Positions 19,003-31,039 of a stretch of 64,000 bases of DNA are shown in pieces. The stretch covers positions 1-64,000 of the forward strand of contig CAWALK010000001.1 in the NCBI GenBank assembly GCA_963782915.1. The letters are read 5' to 3'. Position numbers and translations under genes: made by a program. Source of the DNA: an uncultured archaeon. GTDB lineage: Archaea; Thermoproteota; Bathyarchaeia; Bathyarchaeales; Bathycorpusculaceae. The notes below the pieces were generated by a model. It searched no databases and was not told where the DNA came from. It was given only the letters and a program-made list of their open reading frames with translations. Every line of letters begins with the position of its first letter. Position 1 is the stretch's first letter.

Positions 19003-20148
19003 TTGTCTTTTCTTAATTTATACGCCCGTTTAAAGAAGCAACAAGAGCTTGATTTGTTACCCGCTGTAATCGCTCATCAACGAATTGACGGGCCAGGTTC
19101 AAGTTTAGATTTACGTGAATTCCAACAAGCCCTCTGGTGCCTGCCACAAATCCCCCAAAAAATCGAAGATGACCCAGCATTAATTTGGACAAAAAATTTA
19201 CCCCGAACCATAGCCATCACCATTGATACTGGCACAAAAGTAACCGCTTACCCTTTTGAACCCGACATGATCTCAGTCAAATCAGTAGATTACGGATTCG
19301 AAATAATTTCGAAATGCGGCCAAGTTTTACCGACGAAAGAAAATTGGTTACTCAAAATTATCGATGTCTTCTGTCTCTCAGGAGTAAAATTCGTTCTAGA
19401 GAATCTGCGCTCCGACATAAAATCATCTGGTTTAGGTGGATCAGCAACAGCCGCAACTGGCGTGTGCATTCTTGCAAATGAACTTGCAGGTAAACCGTTT
19501 AGTGAAGTGCAATTGGTTTCTATGGCTTCGCGGATTGAACAGGATTTAGGAGTGAGCATTGTCGGGACTCAGGAACAATCAAACGTTCTCTTCGGCGGAG
19601 TTACCGATTACGTTTGGTTTCCCTGGGGTATTCCTAATCAGCCACAATCAGGTTATGGGGAATCCTGGCGTTCCGAATTGTTACCGCCAAAAGATTATCC
19701 TGAACTTGAACGTAGAATGGCGATTTATCATACGGGCAAAACAAGGCACAGTAGTGATGTTAATTCAGTTTGGCGAGAGGCTTTGTCCACTCCTGAAGGT
19801 TTCGCTCTTCACCGAAAGACGCCCGAGTTAGCCTACGAATTTAGGGAAGCCTTAAGACTGCGAAAATGGACCATAGCGCTTAATTCAATCCAGAAATATC
19901 GTGAAATCCGCACTGCTCTCTGTGCTAATTATATGGATGGCGCCGAAGACTTGTTAAATTACGCAAAATCAGTGAATTGTGAAGCTTTTCCGTTAGGTGC
20001 AGGCGGCGGAGGCGCGGTTCTTCTGTTCTCCGATACCCCCGCTTCTTTGGAGTCACTCAGAACAGCTCTTAAAGGTAAATATGTGGAAATACCTTTTAAG
20101 ATTAAAGCTAAAGGGCATGAGTTACTTAATCCACTGGTAAGTCATTGA
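19003..20148 (+). CDS. GHMP-family sugar kinase (HddA/anomeric kinase-like)
   Basis: SSGLGGSATA motif, ASRIE...GTQEQ, YHTGKTRHSS, LGAGGGG. Confidence 0.85.
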   Translation: MSFLNLYARLKKQQELDLLPAVIAHQRIDGPGSSLDLREFQQALWCLPQIPQKIEDDPALIWTKNLPRTIAITIDTGTKVTAYPFEPDMISVKSVDYGFEIISKCGQVLPTKENWLLKIIDVFCLSGVKFVLENLRSDIKSSGLGGSATAATGVCILANELAGKPFSEVQLVSMASRIEQDLGVSIVGTQEQSNVLFGGVTDYVWFPWGIPNQPQSGYGESWRSELLPPKDYPELERRMAIYHTGKTRHSSDVNSVWREALSTPEGFALHRKTPELAYEFREALRLRKWTIALNSIQKYREIRTALCANYMDGAEDLLNYAKSVNCEAFPLGAGGGGAVLLFSDTPASLESLRTALKGKYVEIPFKIKAKGHELLNPLVSH

Positions 20149-20200
20149 CCTTTATCATTCTAACAAAAATGTTGCTGTATAAAACTCGGTAGATATTCAG

Positions 20201-22223
20201 ATGAATGGATTTGAAAAACAATTAAGCCAACTACTGGAAAGCGATCCATATCTAATTCCCTATTCTGACATAATTAAGCGGCGACTTGAATATATCGAGC
20301 TAACCGAACGGCGTCTAACTCAAGGTCAGATGACTTTGTGGGATTTTGCGTCAGGTCACGAATTTTTCGGTCTTCATTTCAGAAACGGGCAATGGGTTTT
20401 CCGAGAGTGGGCACCAAACGCAACGGCGATCTATCTAATCGGCGATTTTACTGGCTGGCGAGAAGAGCAACAATTCGCATTAAAAAAAATCAACGATATA
20501 GGCACCTGGGAAATATGGTTAGATGCCGATAAACTTAGGCATGGCGATCTCTATCGTCTTCGGATGCATTGGCCAGGCGGCGAAGGAGACCGCATTCCAG
20601 CGTATGCCCGACGCGTGGTTCAGGACCCTAATACTCTGATATTTAACGCTCAAGTCTGGGCACCCCCAAACCCCTATGTATTGGAAAATACCTAATTTCA
20701 AACGCTCAAACGAGTCGCCATTAATCTATGAAGCCCACGTAGGAATGGCGCAAGAAGAACCAAAAATCGGAACATTCACCGAATTCACCAATAAGGTGCT
20801 TCCCCGAATAATCAAAGCTGGATATAACACCTTGCAGTTAATGGCTATTCAAGAACATCCTTACTATGGATCTTTCGGCTATCAAGTGTCAAGCTTCTTT
20901 GCTCCTTCATCGCGGTTTGGAACGCCAAATGAATTCAAAGAACTGGTTGATACCGCACATGCAGCAGGGCTCACCGTACTCATGGATCTTATCCATTCCC
21001 ACTCTGCACCCAATGTAGTTGAAGGATTAGCCCGTTTTGATGGAACAGTATCCCAGTATTTCCATGCAGGCCCACGGGGAATACATCCAACTTGGGGATC
21101 AGTTTGCTTTGATTACGGCAAACCTCAGGTGCTGCATTTTCTGCTTTCAAATTGCCGTTACTGGCTTGACGAGTTCCATGTTGACGGGTTCCGGTTTGAC
21201 GGTGTAACCAGCATGCTCTACCTGAACCATGGAATCAATAGAATATTCACTTCATATGAGGATTACTTCAACAGCGGCGTAGACGAGGATGCTTTGGCTT
21301 ATTTGTTTTTAGCTAACCGATTGATTCACCATCTACGATCTGACGCTGTCACAATAGCAGAAGACGTAAGTGGCATGCCCAGTTTAGCCAGAGCCCAAAA
21401 CAAAGGGGGGTTTGGCTTCGACTACCGATTCGCAATGGGTGTCCCCGACTACTGGATTCGTCTTGTAAAAGATATTCCTGATGAGGATTGGCCAATAGGC
21501 AATCTTTGGTTTGAACTAAATAATCATAGGAAAGACGAAAAAACCATTAGTTACACTGAATCACACGATCAAGCGCTGGTAGGCGATCAAACTCTTATTT
21601 TCCGATTAATCGGCGAAACAATGTACAATCATATGTCCCTATTTGATGATAACTTGCGGGTTGCCCGGGGAATAGCTTTGCACAAAATGATCCGTTTGAT
21701 TACATTAGCAACTGCAGGCGCTGGTTACCTCAACTTTATGGGCAACGAGTTCGGTCACCCAGAATGGGTAGATTTTCCCCGTGAAGGAAATGGCTGGTCA
21801 TATAAGTATGCCCTGAGACAGTGGCATCTCGAAGATGATCCTAATCTAAAGTATGGCCTACTAGCTCGCTTTGATCACGACATGATTGAGTTGGCTAAAC
21901 ATTATCGTATCTTTGAGTTGCCAAGCGTACTATTGCATGAGGATTCAGAGAATAAAGTGATTATTTTTAGAAAGGCAAATTTGATTTTTGCCTTCAACTT
22001 TCACCCAAACCAGTCATACGTCAATTATCGATTTGATGCTCCACCCGGCGAATATAGATTGCTTTTAGATTGTGATGCAGCAAAATACGGTGGATACGAT
22101 AGATTGCAGCCGCCGGATCAGAAGCATTTTACCCTTACGGAGCGTTTTGGCTCTCAGAATCGGTATATGCTTAGCCTCTACTTGCCGGCGCGTTCTGCGT
22201 TTGTCTTATCTCCGGCTACATAA
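20201..22223 (+). CDS. glgB: 1,4-alpha-glucan branching enzyme, GH13_8-like (one frameshift near 20680)
   Basis: FREWAPNA, IYEAHVGM, QLMAIQEHPYYGSFGYQV, FDGVTSMLY, IAEDVSGMP, ESHDQALVGD, LNFMGNEFGHPEWVDFPREGN. Confidence 0.93.
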
Positions 22224-22283
22224 GGTCGTGCTAAGTTTATAGTCGATTAGAGCATAGCCTGTCACCAAAAAAGCCCTGAAAAG

Positions 22284-23475
22284 TTACCCTGATTTGGAAG
22301 CTTTCTTGAAACCTGAAACCAGCGGTACCGTAGCCAAACCAATCAATGCCGAAACCAAAAACGCTAACCCAACAAACCCCACCGAAGCCCCAAAAGAAAA
22401 CGCGGATGCAGCCAAAACAGGCGCAATACTCTGCGCTGCCCCCGCAATCGCCCAAGCCACACCCAACGTGCCACCCTGCGCCGCCTCAGACGCATTAATC
22501 GAGATTAGAGTATTATAAGCCACAAATTGAATTCCGAAACCAAACGAAGACAAAGCCGCAACAATCAACAAAACCGCAAAGTTAGAAACCACAGATAAAC
22601 ATCGAAACCCAGAACAAAAAAATGATCCCCAAAACAACCAGCGAGTGTTCTGTTAACCTTTTACTCAACAGGGGCAATAAAACCCCTTGTGTGAATACAC
22701 TGACTGCCGCCGATAAAAAAGAAAACTAAACCCGTTTCCAATGAGCCGAAGCCGAAGACTGTTTGCAGCCAAGGTGAAAGCGCAGACTGTAGAAAAACGA
22801 ATGCGACAAAAAACAGGAAATATGTGGATAGCAGAAGCGCCATCTGGTCGCTTTCTTAATCGTGTTTAAGAGGGCTCTAAAGGAGATGACCGTTCTTTTG
22901 GAGTTGAAGGCGGCTGGTTCAGGCAGCAAAAAATAAGCTGACACTAAGTTGGTTAACGCTAAGGCTGATGCCAAAAAAGATGGCACCCCATAGCCAAATA
23001 GTGTGCTTAGTGTTCCGCCGATTGCTGGTCCAAAAATAAATGCTAAACCCGCCGCTGCACCTAAAAGCCCCAGATACTTCAGCCGCTGCTCTTTAGTGGT
23101 TACGTCTGCAACATAAGCTTGTGCAACGGGAACCGTGGCAGCGGTGGTTCCCGAGAGCATCCTGCCCAAAAACAGCACCCACAATATCTGTGCAGTGCCA
23201 AACAGGAAGTAAGCTAAAGCTGGCGACTGCTAAGCGGCGGCAAGCAGGATTTTTCTTCTGCCATATCGGTCGCTTAACCTTGCAACAATCGGCGTAAAAA
23301 TAAACGACATCAAGCTGTATGCAGCCAACAAGATGCCGTAGAGCAATGCGTCGCCGCCTAGCGATTGTACATAGAAGTAGAGGTAGGGTACGACTATGGC
23401 GAAGCCTAAGTTGTCTAGGAAGACGACGGAGAAGAGTACGCTAAAAGCGGCTTTTTCGGGGTTGTTGTATGCCAA
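22284..23475 (-). CDS. MFS transporter, TetA/DHA1-like (several frameshifts)
   Basis: VFLDNLGFAIVVP, LSDRYGRRKILL, GRMLSG..AATVPVAQAYVAD, FIFGPAIGG spread over four fragments. Confidence 0.85.
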
Positions 23476-23602
23476 AAACTTGCACTAAAAGGTTTACTGT
23501 GACTGGGGAAAATAAGGGTTTTTGCGCTGTGCTGAATAAGCGGTTGGCGACTTGATATTATCGTAGATTAAAAATTTTGGCCCTTGCTTTTTTCTATTTT
23601 GC

Positions 23603-23719
23603 TTGTTGCTGTGGGACCTTTTATTTTAACAACAACCCACAGGTTGTGAAGCGGATTGCGTTTTGGCTTCAGCGTTTAATTTTGGTTGCAGAATAGTAGT
23701 GGAGACTTCCGCAATCAGA
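23603..23719 (-). repeat. dispersed intergenic repeat, module B (inverted copy)
   Basis: TTGTTGC..CCTTTTAT..AACAACAACC..GTTTTGGCTT..GGTTGC..GTGGAGACTT..GCAATCAGA aligns to the reverse complement of 61078-61196. Confidence 0.65.
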
Positions 23720-23803
23720 CAAAAAAATTTACTTTATTTTGATAAGAGAAAGAAAGTAGCTGTTAAGCGGTCGTGTGGTTTTTTAAAGAAAAGGTTTATG
23801 GAA

Positions 23804-24480
23804 TTATACCCTAAGCAAGACGTTCTCAACGTACCCTTTGAGAGTTTCAGCGAATCCCTGAATCACTTCAGGCGCATAAGGCTTGAGTGACTTAAACCGC
23901 TTATCCAATGTGTCCTCTGGCAACGAATTGCTGAAGCGCATAGACTTTGGCGCCCTTAACTAATTCGCCGATGGCTGGGATGTCTTCGGCAGTGACGATT
24001 TCTGGGACAACGGTTGTTCGGAATTCGTAGGGTACTTTGCCCGTTTTTAGGATTTCGATAGAGCGCATAAGTGCGGCGGTGTCAGGTGCGCCAAGTAGCT
24101 TGTATTTTTCTGGGCTGGTTTTAACGTCCATAGCCACATAATCCACGTAGGGCAGGCATTCTTCGAGCGTATCCGGGAAGAAGCCGTTTGTATCCAACTT
24201 TACGAAGAAACCCCGTTCTTTGAGTTTAGCCAAAAACTTGGGCAGTTCCTTATGCATGCAGGGTTCCCCACCTGTAATGACGACTGAGTCAACGTATTTT
24301 TTGCGGCTCTCAAAATTTCCATAGCAGCGCCTTCCTGTAGAAACGGCGGTTGGGGGTCAATGGCGATTTGTGGTTGTGGCAGTAGGGGCAGCGTAGGTTG
24401 CAGCCTGGAGTGAACAGCACGCTGGCGATATGGTCGGGGTAATCCAGTAGACTGGTTTTTTGTAATCCGCTAAACTTCAC
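23804..24480 (-). CDS. nrdG: anaerobic ribonucleotide reductase activating enzyme (radical SAM; frameshifted)
   Basis: GTG start; GLQKTSLLDYP, GCNLRCPYCHN, VKLDTNG, YEFRTTVVP. Confidence 0.9.
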
Positions 24481-24487
24481 TTAAGTT

Positions 24488-26625
24488 TCACCTTAAGTTG
24501 TTAGGGGTGCGGATTGCGATCACTGTTGAGCGGTCGAAGGTTTTGCGTATGGCGAATTCTGCTTGTTTGCCGTCGTTCCATTGGTCAACTGGACGCAGAT
24601 AACCCACTACGCGGCTGTAGACTTCGCAGCTTGATGCCGCAGACTGGGCAGGTTTTGTGTTCGCCGCTCATGTAGCCGTGAGTTGGGCAGACGCTAAAGG
24701 TCGGTGTCAAAGTGAAGTAGGGTAGTTTTGAGTTCCAGCTGACTTTTTTGATTAGTTCAGCAGCGGATTTCCATGAGGGTAAGCGTTCGCCTAGGAATAT
24801 GTGGAAGTTTGTGCCGCCTGTGTAGAGTGTTTGCAGTGTTTCTTGGTGTTCGAGTGCTTCGAAGAGGTCGCCTGAGAAGTCCACTGGCAACTGGGAGGAG
24901 TTGGTGTAGAATGGTTCAGCATGTTCGTCAACGATGTGTTTTTGGTTGGCAAATATGATGTCGCGGTAGCGTTTTCTGTCGATGCGGGCTAAGGCGGTAA
25001 GAGGTGCCTTCTGCGGGTGTTGCTTCAAGGTTGTATATGTTGCCTGTTTCTTCTTGGTAGTCCGATATGCGTTTACGCATGAAGGTGAGTATTTTAACTG
25101 CAAAGGCTTGTCCATCTTTGGAGGCGATGTTTTGGCCCAGCAAGTTGAGGACTGCTTCGTTTACGCCGACTATGCCGATTGTGGAGAAGTGGTTTTTCCA
25201 GTATTTGTCGTAACCCTTCTTTTACGTGGCGTAGGTAGCGTTTGGAGTATGGGTATAAGCCGTTGTCTGTGAAGCCTTCAAGCACTTTGCGTTTTATTTC
25301 TAAGCTGTGCTTTGGCGATATCCATTAAGTTGTCCTAGTTTCTCAAAGAATTCATCCTCGTCTTTGGATAGGTAGCCGATTCTTGGAATGTTTAGTGTGA
25401 CGACGCCGATGCTGCCTGTTAAGTGGGTTAGCGCCAAAGAATCCTCCTCCACGTTTGCGTAGTTCACGGTTGTCAATGCGCAGGCGGCAGCACATGCTGC
25501 GTACGTCTTCTGGTTTCAGGTCGCTGTTTACGAAGTTGCTAAAGTTGGGTACGCCATATTTGGCGGTGACTTCAAAGATGGCTTGTGAAACTGGTGAGTC
25601 CCAGTCGAAGTCTTTGGTGATGTTATAGGTTGGGATTGGGAAAGTGAAGACTCTGCCTTTTGCGTCGCCCTGTTTCATGCCTTCGGCGAATGCGATGTTG
25701 AACATTTCCATTTCTTTGGTCATGTCGCCGTAGGTGTCTTGCATGACTTTGCCGTTGTAGATGACGGCTTCGTTTTTCATGAAGTCAGGCACAGTCAAGT
25801 CCAAGGTTAAGTTGGTGAATGGTGTTTGGAAGCCGACGCGGGTGGGCACGTTCATGTTGAAGAAGAATTCCTGCAGTGCCTGCTCCACATCTTTTTGTGT
25901 TAGGTGGTCGTAGCGTATGAATGGTGCAAGGTAAGTGTCAAAGTTGCTAAATGCCTGTGCACCTGCGGCTTCACCCTGCAAGGTGTAGAAGAAGTTGACT
26001 ACTTGACCGAGTGCGGTTCGGAAGTGTTTTGCTGGTTTGCTCTCGATTTTGCCATGAGACTCCGCCGAAGCCTGACAGTAGCAGGTCGCTGACGTCCCAG
26101 CCGACACAGTATGGACCCAGGACGCCTAGGTCGTGGATGTGTAGGTCTCCTGAGAAGTGGGCGTCTGCGATGTTTTCTGGGTAGATGCGGGCTATCCAGT
26201 ATTTGGCGATGACTGTGGATGAGAGATAATTGTTTAAGCCCTGAAGTGAGTAGCTCATGTTGCTGTTTTCTTTAACTCGCCAGTCTTCAACTTCAAGGTA
26301 CTGATCAACCATGTCAGATGAGCTTAGAGCGCGGCGAGTTCGCGCATGTCAGTGTGCTGTTTGCGGTACAGGATGTAGGCTTTCGCGGTGGAGGCGTGGC
26401 CGTTTTCGATTAAGCGTTTTTCCACGAGGTCTTGTATTTCTTCAACTGTGGGTACGCCGTCGTCGCCGTAGAGTTTGTTTAAGTCAGCTACAACTTCGTC
26501 GCTGATGCGTTTAGCTTGTTCTTTATCTTTGCCGCCAACTGCTTTTGCAGCTTTCCAAATAGCATTGTTATGCGTTCTTGATCAAAGGGTTCTAATTTAC
26601 TATCACGTTTTAGTACAAACTTCAT
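24488..26625 (-). CDS. nrdD: class III (anaerobic) ribonucleoside-triphosphate reductase with ATP cone (multiple frameshifts)
   Basis: N-terminal VLKRDSKLEPFD ATP cone; HIHDL, EAAGAQA, RSMCCRL, NLEATPAEG, CPTHGY..CPVCG; glycyl motif YSRVVGYLRP. Confidence 0.93.
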
Positions 26626-27073
26626 TGTTTCTTCACTTCCAATAGTGACTCGCCTGAAATCTTCAGGTTCTTCAAACTTTTTGTAAACAGAAGCGAAACG
26701 AATGTAGGCGACTGCGGTCGACTTTTTTGAGGTGACTTCATGATTAAATCGCCGATTTCTCCGGATGCGACTTCTTCTGTGCCTTTAAGCATTAGGTCTT
26801 GACGTACTTGGTCTGCTAACTCGTTGATTTGAGCCATGGTTACGGGGCGTTTTTCGCAGGCTTTCTGTAAGCCGCGGATGATTTTGTTAACGTCGAAGCG
26901 TTGGAGTTGGCCGTCTTTTTTGCGTACCATGAGCTCGACGGTTTCGAGGTACTCGTAGGTTGTGTAGCGTTTGTTGCAGTTATGCATTCTTTGCGTCTGC
27001 GTGTGGTGTTTTCTGGGGAATCGCGTGTTTCGAGTGTTTTTGAATTTTCTGAGTTGCAGTAGGGGCATTTCAT
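26622..27073 (-). CDS. nrdR: transcriptional repressor NrdR (frameshifted)
   Basis: MKCPYC...ETR...RRRKEC..C.KRYTTYE zinc ribbon plus VRKKDG..FD..KI..GLQKACEKRP ATP cone. Confidence 0.92.
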
Positions 27074-27096
27074 AGGTTATACATACTCATGCCGTT

Positions 27097-27112
27097 CTTT
27101 TATCCGTAGTGC
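27097..27112. promoter_or_regulatory. NrdR box candidate 2 (weak, half-site TAGTG)
   Basis: CTTTTATCCGTAGTGC, offset 33 bp from box 1 (about 3 helical turns). Confidence 0.35.
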
Positions 27113-27129
27113 CGACAAGCTTATCGAAT

Positions 27130-27145
27130 ACACTACAGTTAGCGC
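27130..27145. promoter_or_regulatory. NrdR box candidate 1
   Basis: ACACTACAGTTAGCGC vs consensus acaCwAtATaTwGtg; directly abuts the minus-strand TATA (TTATATAT, 27146-27153). Confidence 0.6.
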
Positions 27146-27400
27146 ATATATAAGGACTTTTTACATATTAAACGATAAACCCACTCAAAACCTGAATGCT
27201 AACTCCATAAAAAATACACAAAAAACACAACAACAAAAAACCCAGAAAAACCCCAAATCACAAAAAAACCCCTATCTGCCCAAATACACACTTTGGTTAA
27301 GGCTTACGCAAGCAATATAACAAAAAACGGGCATTCATCAATAAACAGGCCCAAAACAGGGCATCTGACCTCCGAAAAACATAGAGAAAAGTGATGGATA

Positions 27401-27771
27401 ATGCAGCCCAAAATCATCAAAGCCCAAACCCCCCACCAATACCTAACCCCCGAACACTGCTATATAGCTGAAAACCACAGCGACCCGGCAGTCTCAATCG
27501 CGCGGGCAACAATAAAACCCGGCGTAACCACCAAAGCACACCACCTAATCCATGGGGTACAGGAGATTTACATCATAACAAGCGGCAAAGGCACAGTCTA
27601 CATCGGCGACTTGAACCAACCGAAGTAACCGTGGGCGACGTAGTAGTTATTCCACCAGAGACCTCACAGAAAGTAAAAAACACCGGCGAAACCGACTTAG
27701 TCTTCTACTGCGTCTGCACACCCCGATTCACCCAAGAATGCTACGTCGATTTAGAGCCAGACCAACCCTGA
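27401..27771 (+). CDS. cupin domain protein (frameshift near 27625)
   Basis: SIARATIKPGVTTKAHH..EIYIITSGKG, then GDVVVIPP...NTGETDLVFYCVCTPRF. Confidence 0.85.
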
Positions 27772-27866
27772 CATATATCGAGCTCAGAAATAGGGATATA
27801 TAAGCTCACAAAGCGCATAAGAGGTTGAGGGGAAAGGAGAAGCTCCTCACCAATTTCTTTCTAATC

Positions 27867-28822
<956 letters not shown>

Positions 28823-28833
<11 letters not shown>

Positions 28834-30753
28834 GCATCAACACCTGCCGTTGGGCTGCCTGATTAGTTACAATATTCTTTAGGGCTTGGTATACTTCGGT
28901 TGTCATCATGGGTCTCCCCGTATATTTGAGGATGTAATGTGTAGGCTTGATTTCGGTGTTTTCGGTGATTACTCCGCCAAGCTGGGCGTTATGGTTGTCT
29001 TCGACATCGATTATCCGCTTCTTGCCCAACAATAGCTCTTTGATTTGGGCAGAGGGAAAAGGCAAAATCAAGCGAATCTGCATAAATCCTAAGCTGTAGC
29101 CTTCATCTTTCAGCTGGTCTAAGGCTTCGATTATGGCTCCTTTGGGTGAACCCCAACTGACCACAATGTTCTCCGCGGTTTTATCGCCGAAAAACTTCAC
29201 TTTAAACTCGATGGGCACTTCTTTGTCTACGAGTGCAAGTTTGCCTATTCGTTTATCCATCATTTTGCGGCGGTTCCATATTTCCTCGTTAATGTTGCCC
29301 ATTTCGTTGTGTTCATCGCCGCTGTACCATTGCACAGCGTTTTTTGTGCCGAGGAATGCTCGTGGGCGATACGCCTGATTCGGTGTATTGGAATCGCTTG
29401 TAGGTTTTGCCTTCAAGGTCTTTTTCGCCAACGATTAATCCACGGTCGATTTTGACTTTACTATAATCGAAAATGGGGTAGGTTTGTGATGAGTTTGCCA
29501 TGCCCTTGTCAAGAAGGTGGATGACGGGCATCTGATATTTCTCGGCGAAGTTGAATACTTCCGCTGCATCATAGAAGCATTCTTCAATGTCGCCTGAGGC
29601 AAGGATTATACGTGCGAATTCGCCGTGAGCTGCATGCATAGCAAACCTTAGGTCCTGTTGGCTGTGGCGTGTTGGTTGCCCAGTTGCGGGTCCACCACGC
29701 TGATACATCGTAATCACCAATGGCACTTCGTTGTTTCCTGCCCAACCTAAACCTTCAGCCATCAAAGAGAAGCCTGGACCAGACGTGCTGGTTGCCGCCC
29801 GTGCACCTGCCAAGCATGCGCCTGAGGCTGAGTTTACTGCGGCGATTTCATCCTCTGTTTGGAGTACTAGTATGGCTTCTTGGCTGCCGTTTCGGGTTTT
29901 TAGGATTTCGTGGGCTTCTAAATATTCGCTTTCGTCAGCCGCTGGTGTGATGGGATAGTATGTTTGAACTCTGCAGCCGCCCAGCACTTTGCCCATTGCT
30001 ACAGCTTGGTTACCAGTTAAGAAAATTCGTGATTCCGTTATTGGTTGTTTTTCCAGTTTATACTTAAACTTGTTAACATCAAAGTTTTTCTCGGTATAAT
30101 CATAGGCTGCATCGATGGCTGTGACGTTCATGGCAGCGATTTTTTCGTGGAAGGTAGCTTTGATTGCATCTTCGACTAGTTTGCGGTCGTACTTTAGTAA
30201 CGCAAAAGATACGCCGATGGTTAAGACATTGATCATTTTTGTAAGCATGCTGATTTTTTCTATGTTGAGTTGTTTGCCAATTTCTGTAAGCAAGTCCATG
30301 TATGGCACAGGGTAAACCTGGATCTGTTTTGACTTTGCATAGTTTAGGAAATCGTTTATTGTTTCGCCTACACCGTTTTGTTTTTGGAAATCGCGGACTT
30401 GATTTTTGATATTCTTCACTGAAGGTCGAGATATCTTTGAGTACATTGACTGAAAGATCGCGTGAATCCACTATTAAGCCGCCTTCACTCACGACTTCGC
30501 CGACATGGCGCACAACCGTTTCCGCATCAAACGCAGCCAACAAATTCACGTCGCTAATGTTAGCTAACGTGCATTGTTTGCTTACTCGCTGATGGAAGTA
30601 GCTATGCATAGTTTTGATGTTCGAGTGGTATTCGCGTCTGCCAAAGACATAGAGGCCTCCGTATCCGCAGGCTCTGCCGAATATGGTGGATGCTGTATCA
30701 ACGCCGCTTCCTTGTGGTCCACCGGCCATCCAGTTTATACTTTCAATTACCAT
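28823..30753 (-). CDS. 2-oxoacid:ferredoxin oxidoreductase alpha subunit, gamma-alpha fusion (frameshifted)
   Basis: GGPQGSGV, EYHSNI, TGNQAVA, YYPITPA, QTEDEIAA, STSGPGFSLM, QRGGPATG. Confidence 0.92.
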
Positions 30754-30787
30754 TTTGATTTCACATTTTAAAATTGATTTGTTTTGG

Positions 30788-30925
30788 CTATCCGCCGCCA
30801 GTTGCTTTATCGTGGCCTATTACGCATGTGCATTTTGCGGACTCTCCGCAGTATGGGCATACACAATTACAGTCGTCGATAAAGTTTCCGCAGTTGATGC
30901 ATCGAGGCTGATTTTCTTCAGTCAT
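30788..30925 (-). CDS. 45-aa Cys-rich microprotein (8 Cys, C-terminal GGG); below the ORF-track cutoff
   Basis: MTEENQPRCINCGNFIDDCNCVCPYCGESAKCTCVIGHDKATGGG; GAGG just before the ATG; co-oriented 34 nt upstream of OFOR alpha. Confidence 0.75.
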   Translation of the reverse strand: MTEENQPRCINCGNFIDDCNCVCPYCGESAKCTCVIGHDKATGGG

Positions 30926-31039
30926 CCTCTTCGCCTCTGCTACAATACTTCTGTGTCCATAGGGAATTTAAGGTTTCGGAAAATTGTTTTTCAGTTAATT
31001 TAATAACAGTCCAGTCGCCCAAGAGAGGACGGGGATAAC

